DNA of 64,000 nucleotides. It comes from Burkholderiales bacterium. GTDB taxonomy: Bacteria; Pseudomonadota; Gammaproteobacteria; Burkholderiales; SG8-39. The translations under genes were made by a program, and so were the position numbers. Below the pieces are notes generated by a model. That model was given only the letters and a program-made list of their open reading frames with translations. It did no database searches and was not told where the DNA came from. Position 1 is the first letter of the stretch, and every line of letters begins with the position of its first letter. Positions 38,569 through 47,636 of the stretch are shown one piece after another. The DNA is taken from positions 1,488 through 65,487 of the forward strand of contig JBFJOO010000012.1 of the NCBI GenBank assembly GCA_041617635.1, read 5' to 3'.

Positions 38569-39237
38569 ATGCACACGAACGTCCACGTCGCCCGCCTCCT
38601 GGCCGGATTCATCGCGCTCCTGCCGCTCGCAGTGACCCTCGGCCTGGTTGCCTGGCTGGCAAGCTTCGTCGCCGCGTTTCTCGGTCCGGAAAGCACCGTT
38701 GGCGCGCTGCTCGTGCGCCTCGGGTTCAACTTTGTCGCGCAGCCGGCTGCCGCGTATGTCTCGGGAATACTGATCCTCGTTGCTGCGATCTATCTGCTGG
38801 GGATGATCGTGCGAACACGGCTTAAGTCCCACATCTCGTCGATCGTGGGAGCGATCATCGGCCCCATCCCGGTGATCGGCCGCCTGTACGGCGTGGCAAG
38901 CAAGTTCGTCGCGCTGCTCGACCGAAAGGATGCGACGAACCTCGACGCGATGACGACGGTCTGGTGCTTCTTCGGCGGCGAGGGCGGCGCCGCGGCGCTC
39001 GCGCTCATGCCGAGCCCGGAGCTCATCATGCTGGGCGGCAAGCCGTATCGCGCCGTGCTCATTCCCACTGCGCCGGTGCCGTTCGGCGGCGGCCTGCTCT
39101 ATGTGCCGGAGGAGTGGGTGAAGCCCGCGGGAATCGGCGTGGACGGTCTCACCAGCACCTACGTGTCGATGGGAATCTCGGTGCCGCACGGCCTCGGCGA
39201 CCCCGTGAAGCCTCAGGCCCCTACTGCTTCGGCTTGA
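38569..39237 (+). CDS. DUF502-like membrane protein
   Basis: 222 aa. Two N-terminal hydrophobic helices are followed by ...IPTAPVPFGGGLLYVPEEWV, a motif I associate with the DUF502 family. Confidence 0.7.
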   Translation: MHTNVHVARLLAGFIALLPLAVTLGLVAWLASFVAAFLGPESTVGALLVRLGFNFVAQPAAAYVSGILILVAAIYLLGMIVRTRLKSHISSIVGAIIGPIPVIGRLYGVASKFVALLDRKDATNLDAMTTVWCFFGGEGGAAALALMPSPELIMLGGKPYRAVLIPTAPVPFGGGLLYVPEEWVKPAGIGVDGLTSTYVSMGISVPHGLGDPVKPQAPTASA

Positions 39238-40201
39238 TCTCTTCGCTTCGGTCGGTGGCCGGCGGCGGCGTGCGCGAGAGGGCCGCGATCTCGGCGCGCA
39301 GCTCGGACGTCATGGCGACCTTGACCGAATCGAGCGACGCGCGCAGCTGATCGACGTTGCGGGCGCCGATGATGGGCGCGGTGACGCCGGGGTGGCTGCC
39401 CACCCACGCCACGGCCATGCTGACAGGGTGAACGTTCCGCGCGTTGCAGAACGCGGCGAAGCTCGCCGCCGTCGCGTGCATCCAGTCCTCGACGTACCGG
39501 TTGCGGTACACGTCGTTCTGCGCGAGGCGTCCGGTCGCGGGCTTGTGCTTCTGCTCGTACTTGCCTGACAAGAGGCCGCCGCCCGCCGGGCCATAGGGCA
39601 CGACCGCGATGCCGTTCGCCTGGGCCATCGGCAGGATCTCCACCTCGGCCTGGCGTTTCACCAGGTTGTACATCGGCTGCACGACCTGGACGCGCGCCCA
39701 GCGGTGCGCCTCCTGGATGCCGATGCACTTCTGAATCTGCCAGGCGGCGTAGTTGCTGATCGCCGGGTAGAGGATCTTCCCGGCGCGCACGAGATCTTCC
39801 AGGGCGCGCAGCGACTCCTCGAATGGTGTGAGCGCGTCGTACTGGTGCAGGTAGAACACCTCGACGCGATCGGTGCCGAGCCGCTTCAGGCTATCGTCGA
39901 CCGCCCGCGTGATGTGGCGGCGCGACCCGCCCCGCGCGTTGACATCCGGGCCGGTCGGGTTGAAGCACTTGGTGGCGAGCACCAGCTCCTCGCGATGGCC
40001 GTGGATCAGGCGACCGAGGATCTCCTCGGAGCGCCCGGCGCTGTACTGGTTTGCCGTGTCGAAGAAGTTGATGCCGGCTTCCCGACAGGCGCGGTACATC
40101 TCTCCCGAGGCAGGCTCGTCCGCGTCGCCGCCGAAGGACATGGTCCCGAAGCAGAGGCGCGACACCCGCACACCGGTGAGCCCGAGAGTCCGAAAGTCCA
40201 T
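39221..40201 (-). CDS. Aldo/keto reductase
   Basis: Trimmed to MDFRTLGLTGVRVSRLCFGTMSFGG. It shows GINFFDTANQYSAG, ATK and LGRLGTDRVEVFYLH, which carry the AKR catalytic tetrad context. Confidence 0.85.
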   Translation of the reverse strand: MDFRTLGLTGVRVSRLCFGTMSFGGDADEPASGEMYRACREAGINFFDTANQYSAGRSEEILGRLIHGHREELVLATKCFNPTGPDVNARGGSRRHITRAVDDSLKRLGTDRVEVFYLHQYDALTPFEESLRALEDLVRAGKILYPAISNYAAWQIQKCIGIQEAHRWARVQVVQPMYNLVKRQAEVEILPMAQANGIAVVPYGPAGGGLLSGKYEQKHKPATGRLAQNDVYRNRYVEDWMHATAASFAAFCNARNVHPVSMAVAWVGSHPGVTAPIIGARNVDQLRASLDSVKVAMTSELRAEIAALSRTPPPATDRSEEIKPKQ

Positions 40202-40369
40202 GCGCGAGACTATATAACGGTCCCGGGCGTCCGGCCGTACGAGCCGGCGCCGGGCGCCGGTGGCCACAGCCGCCGAGAACTGCGTCACACCGCGCGCCGG
40301 TGGCCGGAGAAGGCGGCGAAACGTGTGACATACACCCACCCACTGCGATGAGACATAAGGAGAATCGGC

Positions 40370-41137
40370 ATGGCTGATGCTTTCTCGTGGGCATCACCAA
40401 AGCGGACAGGGCCCGGCATGCGGACGATACTGGTCATCAATTCGAAAGGCGGTTGCGGCAAGACGACCGTCGCGACCAATATTGCCAGCTATTACGCTAC
40501 CGCCAACGCCCGGGTCGCGATACAGGACTACGATCCACAGGGGTCCAGCCTGCAGTGGCTCAAGCTGCGCCCGCAGCACCTGCCGCACATACATGGCGCC
40601 AACGGCACGCCCCAAAAGGCCCATCTGCTGCGCACCCTCCAGACCTGGCTGCCGGCGGATTCCGATATCCAGCTCATCGACGCCCCGGGGGGAGTCAAGG
40701 GGCTGTTGCTGCAGGAGGTCGTCGGCAAGGCCGAGATGGTGGTCATCCCCGTCGGACCCTCGTCGATCGACGTCCACGCAACGGCGGACTTTCTCAAGAA
40801 CCTGCTGCTGCTCGGACGGGTGCGCGCCCGCAACATCAAGGTTGCCGTGGTGGCCAACCGAGTACGGTCGTCAATGCCCGTGTACGAGCCGCTCGAGCGG
40901 TTCCTGCGCTCACTGAGCCTGCCCTTCCTCACCCGGATCAGCGATTCGGACACCTACATCCGCGCCGCCGAACAAGGCGTCGGCGTATTCGAGATGGATG
41001 CGCACGCCACCGCGGCAGAACGCGAGGAATTCCGCCCCGTCATCGAGTGGCTGAACAGCCAAATGGCGCCCGCGGCGATCATGAACGACCGCAAGGTCGT
41101 CGATCTCTCCGCGGCGCGGAGGCTTGCCGCGCTCTAG
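40370..41137 (+). CDS. ParA/MinD-family P-loop ATPase (orphan)
   Basis: An AAGGAG Shine-Dalgarno lies 7 nt upstream. The deviant Walker A is NSKGGCGKTT, with IQDYDPQGS and IDAPGG motifs. No parB-like gene is adjacent. Confidence 0.8.
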   Translation: MADAFSWASPKRTGPGMRTILVINSKGGCGKTTVATNIASYYATANARVAIQDYDPQGSSLQWLKLRPQHLPHIHGANGTPQKAHLLRTLQTWLPADSDIQLIDAPGGVKGLLLQEVVGKAEMVVIPVGPSSIDVHATADFLKNLLLLGRVRARNIKVAVVANRVRSSMPVYEPLERFLRSLSLPFLTRISDSDTYIRAAEQGVGVFEMDAHATAAEREEFRPVIEWLNSQMAPAAIMNDRKVVDLSAARRLAAL

Positions 41138-41177
41138 GGCGTTCCCTTCCGGGACTCGGGTTCCGGGGGCGGGGATC

Positions 41178-42371
41178 TCAGCCCTTGACGCACAACACCT
41201 GCTTGAGCGTGTGCACGACTTCCACCAGGTCGGACTGCGCGGCCATCACCGTGTCGACATCCTTGTAGGCGGCCGGCAGCTCGTCGAGCACGCCCGCGTC
41301 CTTGCGGCACTCCACCCCGGACGTCTGCGCGATCAGGTCGTCGCGCGAGAAGCGCCGCTTGGCTTCCTTGCGCGACATGCGCCGCCCCGCGCCGTGGCTG
41401 CAGGAGTGGTATGCGGCGGCGTGCCCCTTGCCGCGCACGATGTACGACTTCGTGCCCATGCTGCCGGGAATGATGCCGAGCTCGCCGTCGCGCGCCGACA
41501 CCGCGCCTTTCCGCGTGACCCACACGGTCGAACCGAAATGTTCCTCGCGGGTGGCGTAGTTGTGGTGGCAGTTCACCGCAGACTCCTCGACCACGATGTC
41601 GCCCGGAAAGAAGCGCGCGATCGCCTGCAGCACGAGGTGCATCATCGTGTCGCGATTGAGGGCGGCATAGTCTTGCGCCCACAGCAGGCCCTCGACGTAC
41701 TCGTCGAACGCCGGCGACCCCTCGGACAGCCACGCGAGGTCGCGGTCCGGGAGATGCACGTTCTCGCGCTCGGCCATCCGCCGCGCGCTCGCAATGGCCA
41801 CCTGGCCGATCGTATTGCCGACGTTGCGGCTGCCGGAGTGCAGCATCACCCACACGCGCTGGCGCTCGTCCAGGCAGAGCTCGATGAAGTGATTGCCGCC
41901 GCCGAGCGTGCCGATCTGACGCCAGACGCGCGCGTGATCGAATTTTCCGACGCGCTGCATGATGCGCACGGTCTCGTAGCGCGCCTTGAGCGCCTTCATG
42001 CGGCGGTGGATGGCGGCACCCGAGAGGCTCTGCCCGCCCAGGCTCAGCGGATGATCGTGCGCGTTGAATCCGACCGGCACGTCGCGCTCGATCTGGGTGC
42101 GGATCGCCTTCAGCGAATCGGGCAGATCCGACGCCGCGAGCGTGGTGCGCACCGCCATCATCCCGCAGCCGATGTCGACGCCGACGGCCGACGGAATGAT
42201 CGCGCCGCGGGTCGGAATGACGCTGCCCACCGTCGCGCCCTTGCCCACGTGCACGTCCGGCATGATCGCGACGTGCCCGCCGAGGATCGGCAGCGACGCG
42301 AGGTTCGCGATCTGCGCGAGCGCGTCCGGCTCCACCGGCACGCCGCGGGTCCACATCCTCACGTTGTCCAT
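41178..42371 (-). CDS. rtcB: RNA-splicing ligase RtcB
   Basis: Only the last 397 codons of the long ORF are used. MPDVHVGKG, DIGCGM, GGGNHFIE, HSGSRNVG, NCHHNY and SHGAGR are the canonical RtcB metal and guanylyl-His motifs. Confidence 0.9.
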   Translation of the reverse strand: MDNVRMWTRGVPVEPDALAQIANLASLPILGGHVAIMPDVHVGKGATVGSVIPTRGAIIPSAVGVDIGCGMMAVRTTLAASDLPDSLKAIRTQIERDVPVGFNAHDHPLSLGGQSLSGAAIHRRMKALKARYETVRIMQRVGKFDHARVWRQIGTLGGGNHFIELCLDERQRVWVMLHSGSRNVGNTIGQVAIASARRMAERENVHLPDRDLAWLSEGSPAFDEYVEGLLWAQDYAALNRDTMMHLVLQAIARFFPGDIVVEESAVNCHHNYATREEHFGSTVWVTRKGAVSARDGELGIIPGSMGTKSYIVRGKGHAAAYHSCSHGAGRRMSRKEAKRRFSRDDLIAQTSGVECRKDAGVLDELPAAYKDVDTVMAAQSDLVEVVHTLKQVLCVKG

Positions 42372-42394
42372 TGCGGCCCCGGTGCTTTCTCTTT

Positions 42395-42964
42395 CTACCT
42401 GCGCCCGACCTGGGGCAGCATCCGCGCCAGCTCCGCGACGTGCACGACGCGGATCTTCTGCTCGGTGGCGAAGGCGCGCGCGGTATCGCTGATCTCGCCG
42501 GTGGCGACGTAGATGGACTCGTGCGCGTCGCGCGCGCGGCGCGCGGCGTCGAGCTCGCGCAGCGGCTCCACGCCGGTGCGCGCCACCTTCCAGCGCTTGG
42601 CGGCGACCAGCGCGGTGCGCCCGGCCTTGGTCACCTCGAAATCGCCCGGCGTGCCGCTCAGGCGGCTCACGGCATAGCCGTCGCGGCGGAAAGCCTCTTC
42701 GATCGCGCCCGAGAAATCGTCCCACGACATCGCACGCACCGCCGCTAGGGTCCGCTCGACGCGCGCTGCGCTCGGGGCCCGGAGCTGGCGCCACCCGGCG
42801 ATGCCGCCGATCACCAGGAAGGGCAGGCTCGCGACCACCGCGTAGGCAGGCGGCACGAAGTACGCCGCCACGGTGGTGATCGCCGCGCTGATGGCGAAGC
42901 TGATCCACCACGGCGAGCGCAGCAGGATCGCGAACAGCGAGTTCTCGTGCATCCGGAACTTCAT
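42395..42964 (-). CDS. Membrane-anchored restriction endonuclease-like protein (Mrr catalytic domain)
   Basis: Trimmed to MKFRMHENSLF. Two N-terminal hydrophobic helices are followed by MSWDDFSGAIEEAFRRDGY...GDFEV...ALVAAKRWK, a PD-(D/E)xK / Mrr_cat pattern. The gene ends 23 nt upstream of rtcB. Confidence 0.7.
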   Translation of the reverse strand: MKFRMHENSLFAILLRSPWWISFAISAAITTVAAYFVPPAYAVVASLPFLVIGGIAGWRQLRAPSAARVERTLAAVRAMSWDDFSGAIEEAFRRDGYAVSRLSGTPGDFEVTKAGRTALVAAKRWKVARTGVEPLRELDAARRARDAHESIYVATGEISDTARAFATEQKIRVVHVAELARMLPQVGRR

Positions 42965-43155
42965 GATCTCCCCGGGGGTGGCAGCGTCCCGATGCGTACC
43001 AATGTAGCACCGTGACGGCACGCAGGCGCCGCCGGAAAGGGCGCCCGCGCCCGCCAGTTGCGCCGGCCCGCGGGCGGGCGGATGATAGGCGTTTCGCCGC
43101 CAGCCGCGTCCCGACTTTCGAACGACCCGGCGCGAGCGATCTTGAGAGGTTGGCC

Positions 43156-43923
43156 ATGTCCGTCCATCCGCTGTCTTCCCTGCGCGCCGCCGATCCCGTC
43201 ACCCAGGCCAAGATCCACCTCGCCGCCGCGCACCGCGTGGCGGTGCTGCACGAGCTGGAGGAAGGCATCGACAATCACTTCACGGTCACCGTCCCGGGCA
43301 CCGACGACCGGTACCTCATCCTCCCCTTCGGCCTGCATTGGTCCGAGGCGCGGGCGAGCGACATGATCGTGTTCGACGAGTCCGGCGCAACGCTCGAGGG
43401 CGACGGCGTCGTGGAGCTTTCGGCGCAGTGCATCCATGCCCCGATCCACCGCATCTGCGGCGCCCGGGTGGTCATGCACACGCATCAGACGTGGGCGGTC
43501 GCGCTCAACAGCCTGCAGGACAACCGGCTCCTGCCGGTCAACCAGACGGCGGCCTTCTTTCACGGCCACGTCGCCTACGACGACACCTACACCGGGACCG
43601 CCGACACGCTCGAAGAGGGCGAGCGGCTGGCGGCGCTCCTCGGCGACAAGCACGTCCTCTTCATGAAGAATCACGGCGTGCTCGTGACGGGCGACACCAT
43701 CGCACAGGCCTCCCGGCGGCTCTACAAGCTGGAGCGTGTGTGCCGCACGCAGGTCCTGGCCATGGCCACGGGCCGGCCGCTCGAGGTGCTCTCCGACGAG
43801 ATCGTCGCACGGGTGCAGGCTCCGCCCGAGAACGACCGTCACCCCCGTCCGGAGCGCGATCGGCTGTTCTTCGAGGCGATGATGCGGGTGCTCGATCGCG
43901 AACTGCCGGGCTACGCCGACTGA
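43156..43923 (+). CDS. Class II aldolase/adducin domain protein
   Basis: Trimmed to MSVHPLSSL. NHFTVTVPG, HAPIHRICGARVVMHTHQ and FMKNHGVLVTG are the Zn-ligand His motifs of class II aldolase / adducin N-terminal domains. Confidence 0.8.
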   Translation: MSVHPLSSLRAADPVTQAKIHLAAAHRVAVLHELEEGIDNHFTVTVPGTDDRYLILPFGLHWSEARASDMIVFDESGATLEGDGVVELSAQCIHAPIHRICGARVVMHTHQTWAVALNSLQDNRLLPVNQTAAFFHGHVAYDDTYTGTADTLEEGERLAALLGDKHVLFMKNHGVLVTGDTIAQASRRLYKLERVCRTQVLAMATGRPLEVLSDEIVARVQAPPENDRHPRPERDRLFFEAMMRVLDRELPGYAD

Positions 43924-43950
43924 GTCGCCGCACCTCCGGCATCCGCGGGA

Positions 43951-44436
43951 TCACGCCTTGCGGATGCAAGCCTCGAGCAATTCGATCGCCCGGCGCGCGA
44001 ACGCCCACATGTTGGCCTCCCGGTCCGCGCTCCCTCTCTCGAGCGTGATCACCGACTCGACGGGCCCGGACACCGCGAAGCACGCGTGCCCCGCGGCATC
44101 GCCGTAGCGGTTGCCGGTCGGACCGCTCGCGCCGGTTTCGCTCAGTCCCCAAATCGCGCCCAGATTGGCGCGCACGCGTTGCGCGAGCAGCTGCGCGAAG
44201 GGTTCGGTTGACGAACGCGTGTGCGCCATGTCCTCCGCGGTGATTCCCAGGAGCGCAGCGCGGCCTGCGGCCGTGTAGACGATGCCGCCGCCCACGTAGT
44301 ACGCGGAGGCGCCCGGCACCGCGACGAGCGCGGCGTTGATCAGCCCGCCCGCGGAGGACTCGGCGACCGCGAGCGTCTCGCCGCGTTCCTTGAGTAGCTT
44401 GCCGACGTTGCTGCCCAGTGCAGCGAGCGATTCCAT
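43951..44436 (-). CDS. CinA C-terminal domain protein (PncC-like nicotinamide-nucleotide amidohydrolase)
   Basis: 161 aa with a strong Shine-Dalgarno (GGAGGAG). LAVAESSAGGLI...GASAYYVGGGIVY...GLSETGASGP is the CinA/PncC signature. Confidence 0.8.
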   Translation of the reverse strand: MESLAALGSNVGKLLKERGETLAVAESSAGGLINAALVAVPGASAYYVGGGIVYTAAGRAALLGITAEDMAHTRSSTEPFAQLLAQRVRANLGAIWGLSETGASGPTGNRYGDAAGHACFAVSGPVESVITLERGSADREANMWAFARRAIELLEACIRKA

Positions 44437-44608
44437 GACGCTCCTCCTAGGATGTTGGTGTCAGTCCGATCGTACTGTCGCACGAGATGTTGAGCGCGCG
44501 CCACCTCACTTCGCGCGCCGCTCAATTCGTCGCGGTGTTGTCGGGCCGCTGCGAGCCTCGAGAGCCGCGGCCTAAACCCGAATCGGCGCGCAGGCGCGGC
44601 GGGCGCGC

Positions 44609-45145
44609 TCAGCCGCCGGCGCGATTTCCCGGCCGGGTGCCGGGCTCGAAGAAGAGGGGCTGATCGGCCGCCGCGGGATTCTTCGGCGGGCGCGCCTTCT
44701 GCGGCTCGGCATAGAACACCGGCTTCTCCGTGCTCTGCGGCCCAGCTCTGAACAGATTCTTGGCGCGGAGGCTTGTGCCCTTCTCGTTCGCTTCGCGCTG
44801 CGCCTTGTGCAGCTGCTCCGCGAGCTTCTGATCCCAGGGCAGCACGTAGGACCGCGGCTCGTCGGCTTCGGGCACACGCAGCCAGAGGTAGATGCTCTCG
44901 CCCTCGCGCAGATCGGCACCGAGGACCTTGGCTTCGGCGAGATCGGCGTGGCTCCATTCGAGCGCAATCGGCTTCGGGCGGCTCAGCAGATCGATCACGC
45001 TGACGTACGTGAGCGGCACGAAGAGCGTCGTGATCGCGAGCGCAGACACCTTGACCCACAGCGCGCGCGGCGACCAGATCGCGATCGCAGCGAGCGCTGC
45101 CGCGAGACCCAGCGACGCGGCGAAAAGGTGCAGGATCTCGCTCAT
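44609..45145 (-). CDS. Hypothetical two-TM protein (third gene of the MotA/ExbB-like module)
   Basis: 178 aa. The ATG overlaps the upstream stop (ATGA). Two N-terminal hydrophobic helices are followed by a soluble domain and a Pro/Lys-rich tail. I recognised no family. Confidence 0.55.
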   Translation of the reverse strand: MSEILHLFAASLGLAAALAAIAIWSPRALWVKVSALAITTLFVPLTYVSVIDLLSRPKPIALEWSHADLAEAKVLGADLREGESIYLWLRVPEADEPRSYVLPWDQKLAEQLHKAQREANEKGTSLRAKNLFRAGPQSTEKPVFYAEPQKARPPKNPAAADQPLFFEPGTRPGNRAGG

Positions 45146-45774
45146 TGCGCGCTTCCCCGGGAATTCGCCGGCGCCAGTCCGCGCGCCGAGCGCAGCGGCT
45201 TGGGCAGATCGTGCACGCTTCCGGGAACCAGCCGCCCGCGCTCGTCGAGGTTGAACCGGAATACGGTGCGCTCCTCACCGTCGCGCACCAGCTCGAGCTT
45301 CGCAGTCAGGATCTGCTTGGCGGCAACGTTTTCCCCGCTCTTGACGCTGACGACGATCGTGACGGGGATGCTGCGTTGCTCGTGGTTGCGGTAGAGGTGC
45401 ACGTTGACGGCGTACTCGCCGGCGGGCACCCCGCGACTGTACGAGAACTCGTAGTTGAGCCCGGTCAGATCCGCGGCATTGCCCAGGTCGTCGCGCAGCA
45501 GGTTAAACACCGTGCCCGCCGCATTGGAGTAGCCGACCGGCACGTCGCCTGGCGCCTGCACCCACAGATCCACGTCGGCATTGATCTCGTCCGGCCAGCG
45601 CGCCTCGATGATGACGTTGCCGGGGCTGCGCGCCGTGTCGTCCGTCTTGGCGCGCGGATTCAGGTGCGGCAGGAGCAGCAGGACGAGCATGACGAAGCCG
45701 GCGAGCGCCAGCATGATGACGTCGCGGAACACGGTGGCTCCGCTCTCGTCATCGAAGAGGTCAGTCTCGCGCAT
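45142..45774 (-). CDS. ExbD/TolR-like single-TM protein with an unassigned periplasmic domain
   Basis: 210 aa. The start overlaps the upstream gene by 14 nt. The N-terminal FRDVIMLALAGFVMLVLLLL resembles the Asp-bearing TM helix of ExbD/TolR/MotB, but the remaining roughly 150 aa are not recognisably ExbD-like. Confidence 0.55.
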   Translation of the reverse strand: MRETDLFDDESGATVFRDVIMLALAGFVMLVLLLLPHLNPRAKTDDTARSPGNVIIEARWPDEINADVDLWVQAPGDVPVGYSNAAGTVFNLLRDDLGNAADLTGLNYEFSYSRGVPAGEYAVNVHLYRNHEQRSIPVTIVVSVKSGENVAAKQILTAKLELVRDGEERTVFRFNLDERGRLVPGSVHDLPKPLRSARGLAPANSRGSAQ

Positions 45775-46606
45775 GATCCTCGGCGCGCTCGACCAGCGCG
45801 GCGATGAGCTTGACCGTGCCGCTCGCGAGGAGCTGATGGTTGGCGGTGAGCCAGACGTTCAGGATCGCGCCGACCAGCGTCGTGTAAAGCGCGGTCGACA
45901 TCCCGCGGATCAGCGTCGAGACCATCGGGGCGATCGCCTCGACGTCCGCGACGTGCGCGGGATCGACACCCGAGAGCGCGATGATGAAGCCGAGCACGGT
46001 GCCGATCAGCCCGAGGAGCACCAGCATGTTCGCGATGTGGCGCACGATCGCGATGCGATGCGACAGGCGCATGCGCACGGCGTTGGCGAGATTGCCCCGG
46101 CTTTCCGCGTTGCGCCCGAGCAGCGGCGCCAGGTGGCGCATTGCGGGCGAGGCGACCGCCGCATCGCGCGCTCGCAGGCTGTTCAGCTCACGGCTCGTCT
46201 GCCACACCTTGCGCGCGCAGATCCCGAGACCCCCCAGAAAGACCAGGAAGATCAGCACCGACAGGTACGTGCGGTCGGCGTTGGTGACGTTGTGCACCAG
46301 CCCCTGCGCATACGCGGCGCCGAGCAGCGCGAAGCCCACCAGGTTGAGCAGCGCGAAGCGCAGCACGAGCAGATAGCGATGCGCATCTTGCGAGTGCTCG
46401 CGCGCCTTCGCGCGCCCCCATGCCACGAGCTCGCGCAGGCTGTGCTGCGATGGCGCCGTATCGCTCTGCGCCGGCACGGACGCGAGGCGCCCGTGGAGGT
46501 CGCTCACGGCCGCGCTCTGCGGACCCTCGCCAAGACCCGCAAGGCGGGCTGCGGCGCCGGACCCGAGTGCCTCGACATTCCCTTCTCGAATCAGCATCTT
46601 GGTCAT
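45761..46606 (-). CDS. MotA/TolQ/ExbB proton-channel family protein
   Basis: 281 aa with four hydrophobic helices. The C-terminal IANMLVLLGLIGTVLGFIIAL ... MSTALYTTLVGAILNVWL is the MotA_ExbB signature. Confidence 0.7.
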   Translation of the reverse strand: MTKMLIREGNVEALGSGAAARLAGLGEGPQSAAVSDLHGRLASVPAQSDTAPSQHSLRELVAWGRAKAREHSQDAHRYLLVLRFALLNLVGFALLGAAYAQGLVHNVTNADRTYLSVLIFLVFLGGLGICARKVWQTSRELNSLRARDAAVASPAMRHLAPLLGRNAESRGNLANAVRMRLSHRIAIVRHIANMLVLLGLIGTVLGFIIALSGVDPAHVADVEAIAPMVSTLIRGMSTALYTTLVGAILNVWLTANHQLLASGTVKLIAALVERAEDHARD

Positions 46607-46816
46607 GGCCAGGCCACTCCCTCGTGCGGCAAAATGCCTGCTGGGAGTGGCGCATAAGCCGTGCCACTTGGCCAGGGGACGGCCAACGACCTGTCAGAAA
46701 AGCGGCATTTCACACTTGCCGGCCCGCCCGCGACGGCTCCGAGGGGCGCTCAGCGGGCGCCGATCCCTGGCGCGAGAACCGATATCATCGTTCGCGCCAG
46801 CGCCCGATCGGCGGTT

Positions 46817-47620
46817 ATGACAGCGAACGCACCCATGCTTCATGCACGCGCCGACGGCGCAGCGGAATCCCCCAGCGTCGTGCTGATGGGGTCGCTCGCC
46901 GCCGACCTCACCATGTGGGATCCGCAGGTCCCGGCGCTCGTCGGATCCGGATTCCGGGTCGTGCGGTTCGACTTTCGGGGCCACGGCGCATCCCCGACGC
47001 TCGCGCCCCCATACACCCTCGATGGCTTCGTCGACGACCTGCATGGCATCCTGGATCGCTTCGCCATCCGGCGCCCGCACCTGGTCGGGCTTTCGCTGGG
47101 CGGGATGGTGGCTCTGGCGGCAGCGCTGCGCGGCGCGCGCGAGTACGCCAGCATCGTCGTCGCCTCGACGCGACCCGACATGCCCGAACCGCTGGCGAGC
47201 GCCTGGGTCGAGCGTGCACGCGAGGTGCGGCGCGACGGCATCGGCGCGATCGCCGACGGCACGATCGAGCGCTGGTTCACGGCGCCGTACCGGCGCGCGC
47301 ATCCGGAGGTGATCGACCGGGTACGCGCGATGATCCTGCGGACGAAACCGGAGGCCTACGCGGATTGCATCGATATCGTTCGCGCGAACGACCTGCTCGA
47401 CCGTCTCGGGCAGGTGCGTTGTCCGACGCTCTTTCTGGTCGGGGAAGAGGACAGCGCCTCGCCTCCCAGCCTCATGCGGGAAATGCAGCGGCGCGTCCCC
47501 GGCGCTCAGTTCGAGAGCATCCGGGACGCAGCTCACTTGCCGAACATCGAGCAGCCGGGGGCGTTCAATCGGGCGGTCGTCGAGTTCCTGCTCGCACGGA
47601 CCCGCGGAACTCAGTATTAA
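46817..47620 (+). CDS. Alpha/beta hydrolase (3-oxoadipate enol-lactonase-like)
   Basis: Trimmed to MTANAPMLHARADG. RFDFRGHGAS, the nucleophile elbow LVGLSLGG and the C-terminal AAHLPNIEQP are typical of the family. Confidence 0.8.
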   Translation: MTANAPMLHARADGAAESPSVVLMGSLAADLTMWDPQVPALVGSGFRVVRFDFRGHGASPTLAPPYTLDGFVDDLHGILDRFAIRRPHLVGLSLGGMVALAAALRGAREYASIVVASTRPDMPEPLASAWVERAREVRRDGIGAIADGTIERWFTAPYRRAHPEVIDRVRAMILRTKPEAYADCIDIVRANDLLDRLGQVRCPTLFLVGEEDSASPPSLMREMQRRVPGAQFESIRDAAHLPNIEQPGAFNRAVVEFLLARTRGTQY

Positions 47621-47636
47621 ACGCACTGGAAACGGA

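Noticed and set aside
40370-41137. The ParA-like ATPase as a marker of a plasmid, ICE or genomic-island boundary.
   Set aside because: There are no ParB, replication, relaxase, integrase or tRNA genes nearby, and composition matches the surroundings. Orphan ParA/MinD ATPases are common on chromosomes.
43951-44436. CinA/PncC as a fourth member of the MotA/ExbB-like operon.
   Set aside because: It is separated from the triad by a 172-nt gap and has its own strong Shine-Dalgarno (GGAGGAG). The three upstream genes overlap one another but do not overlap this gene, so I treated the association as unproven.
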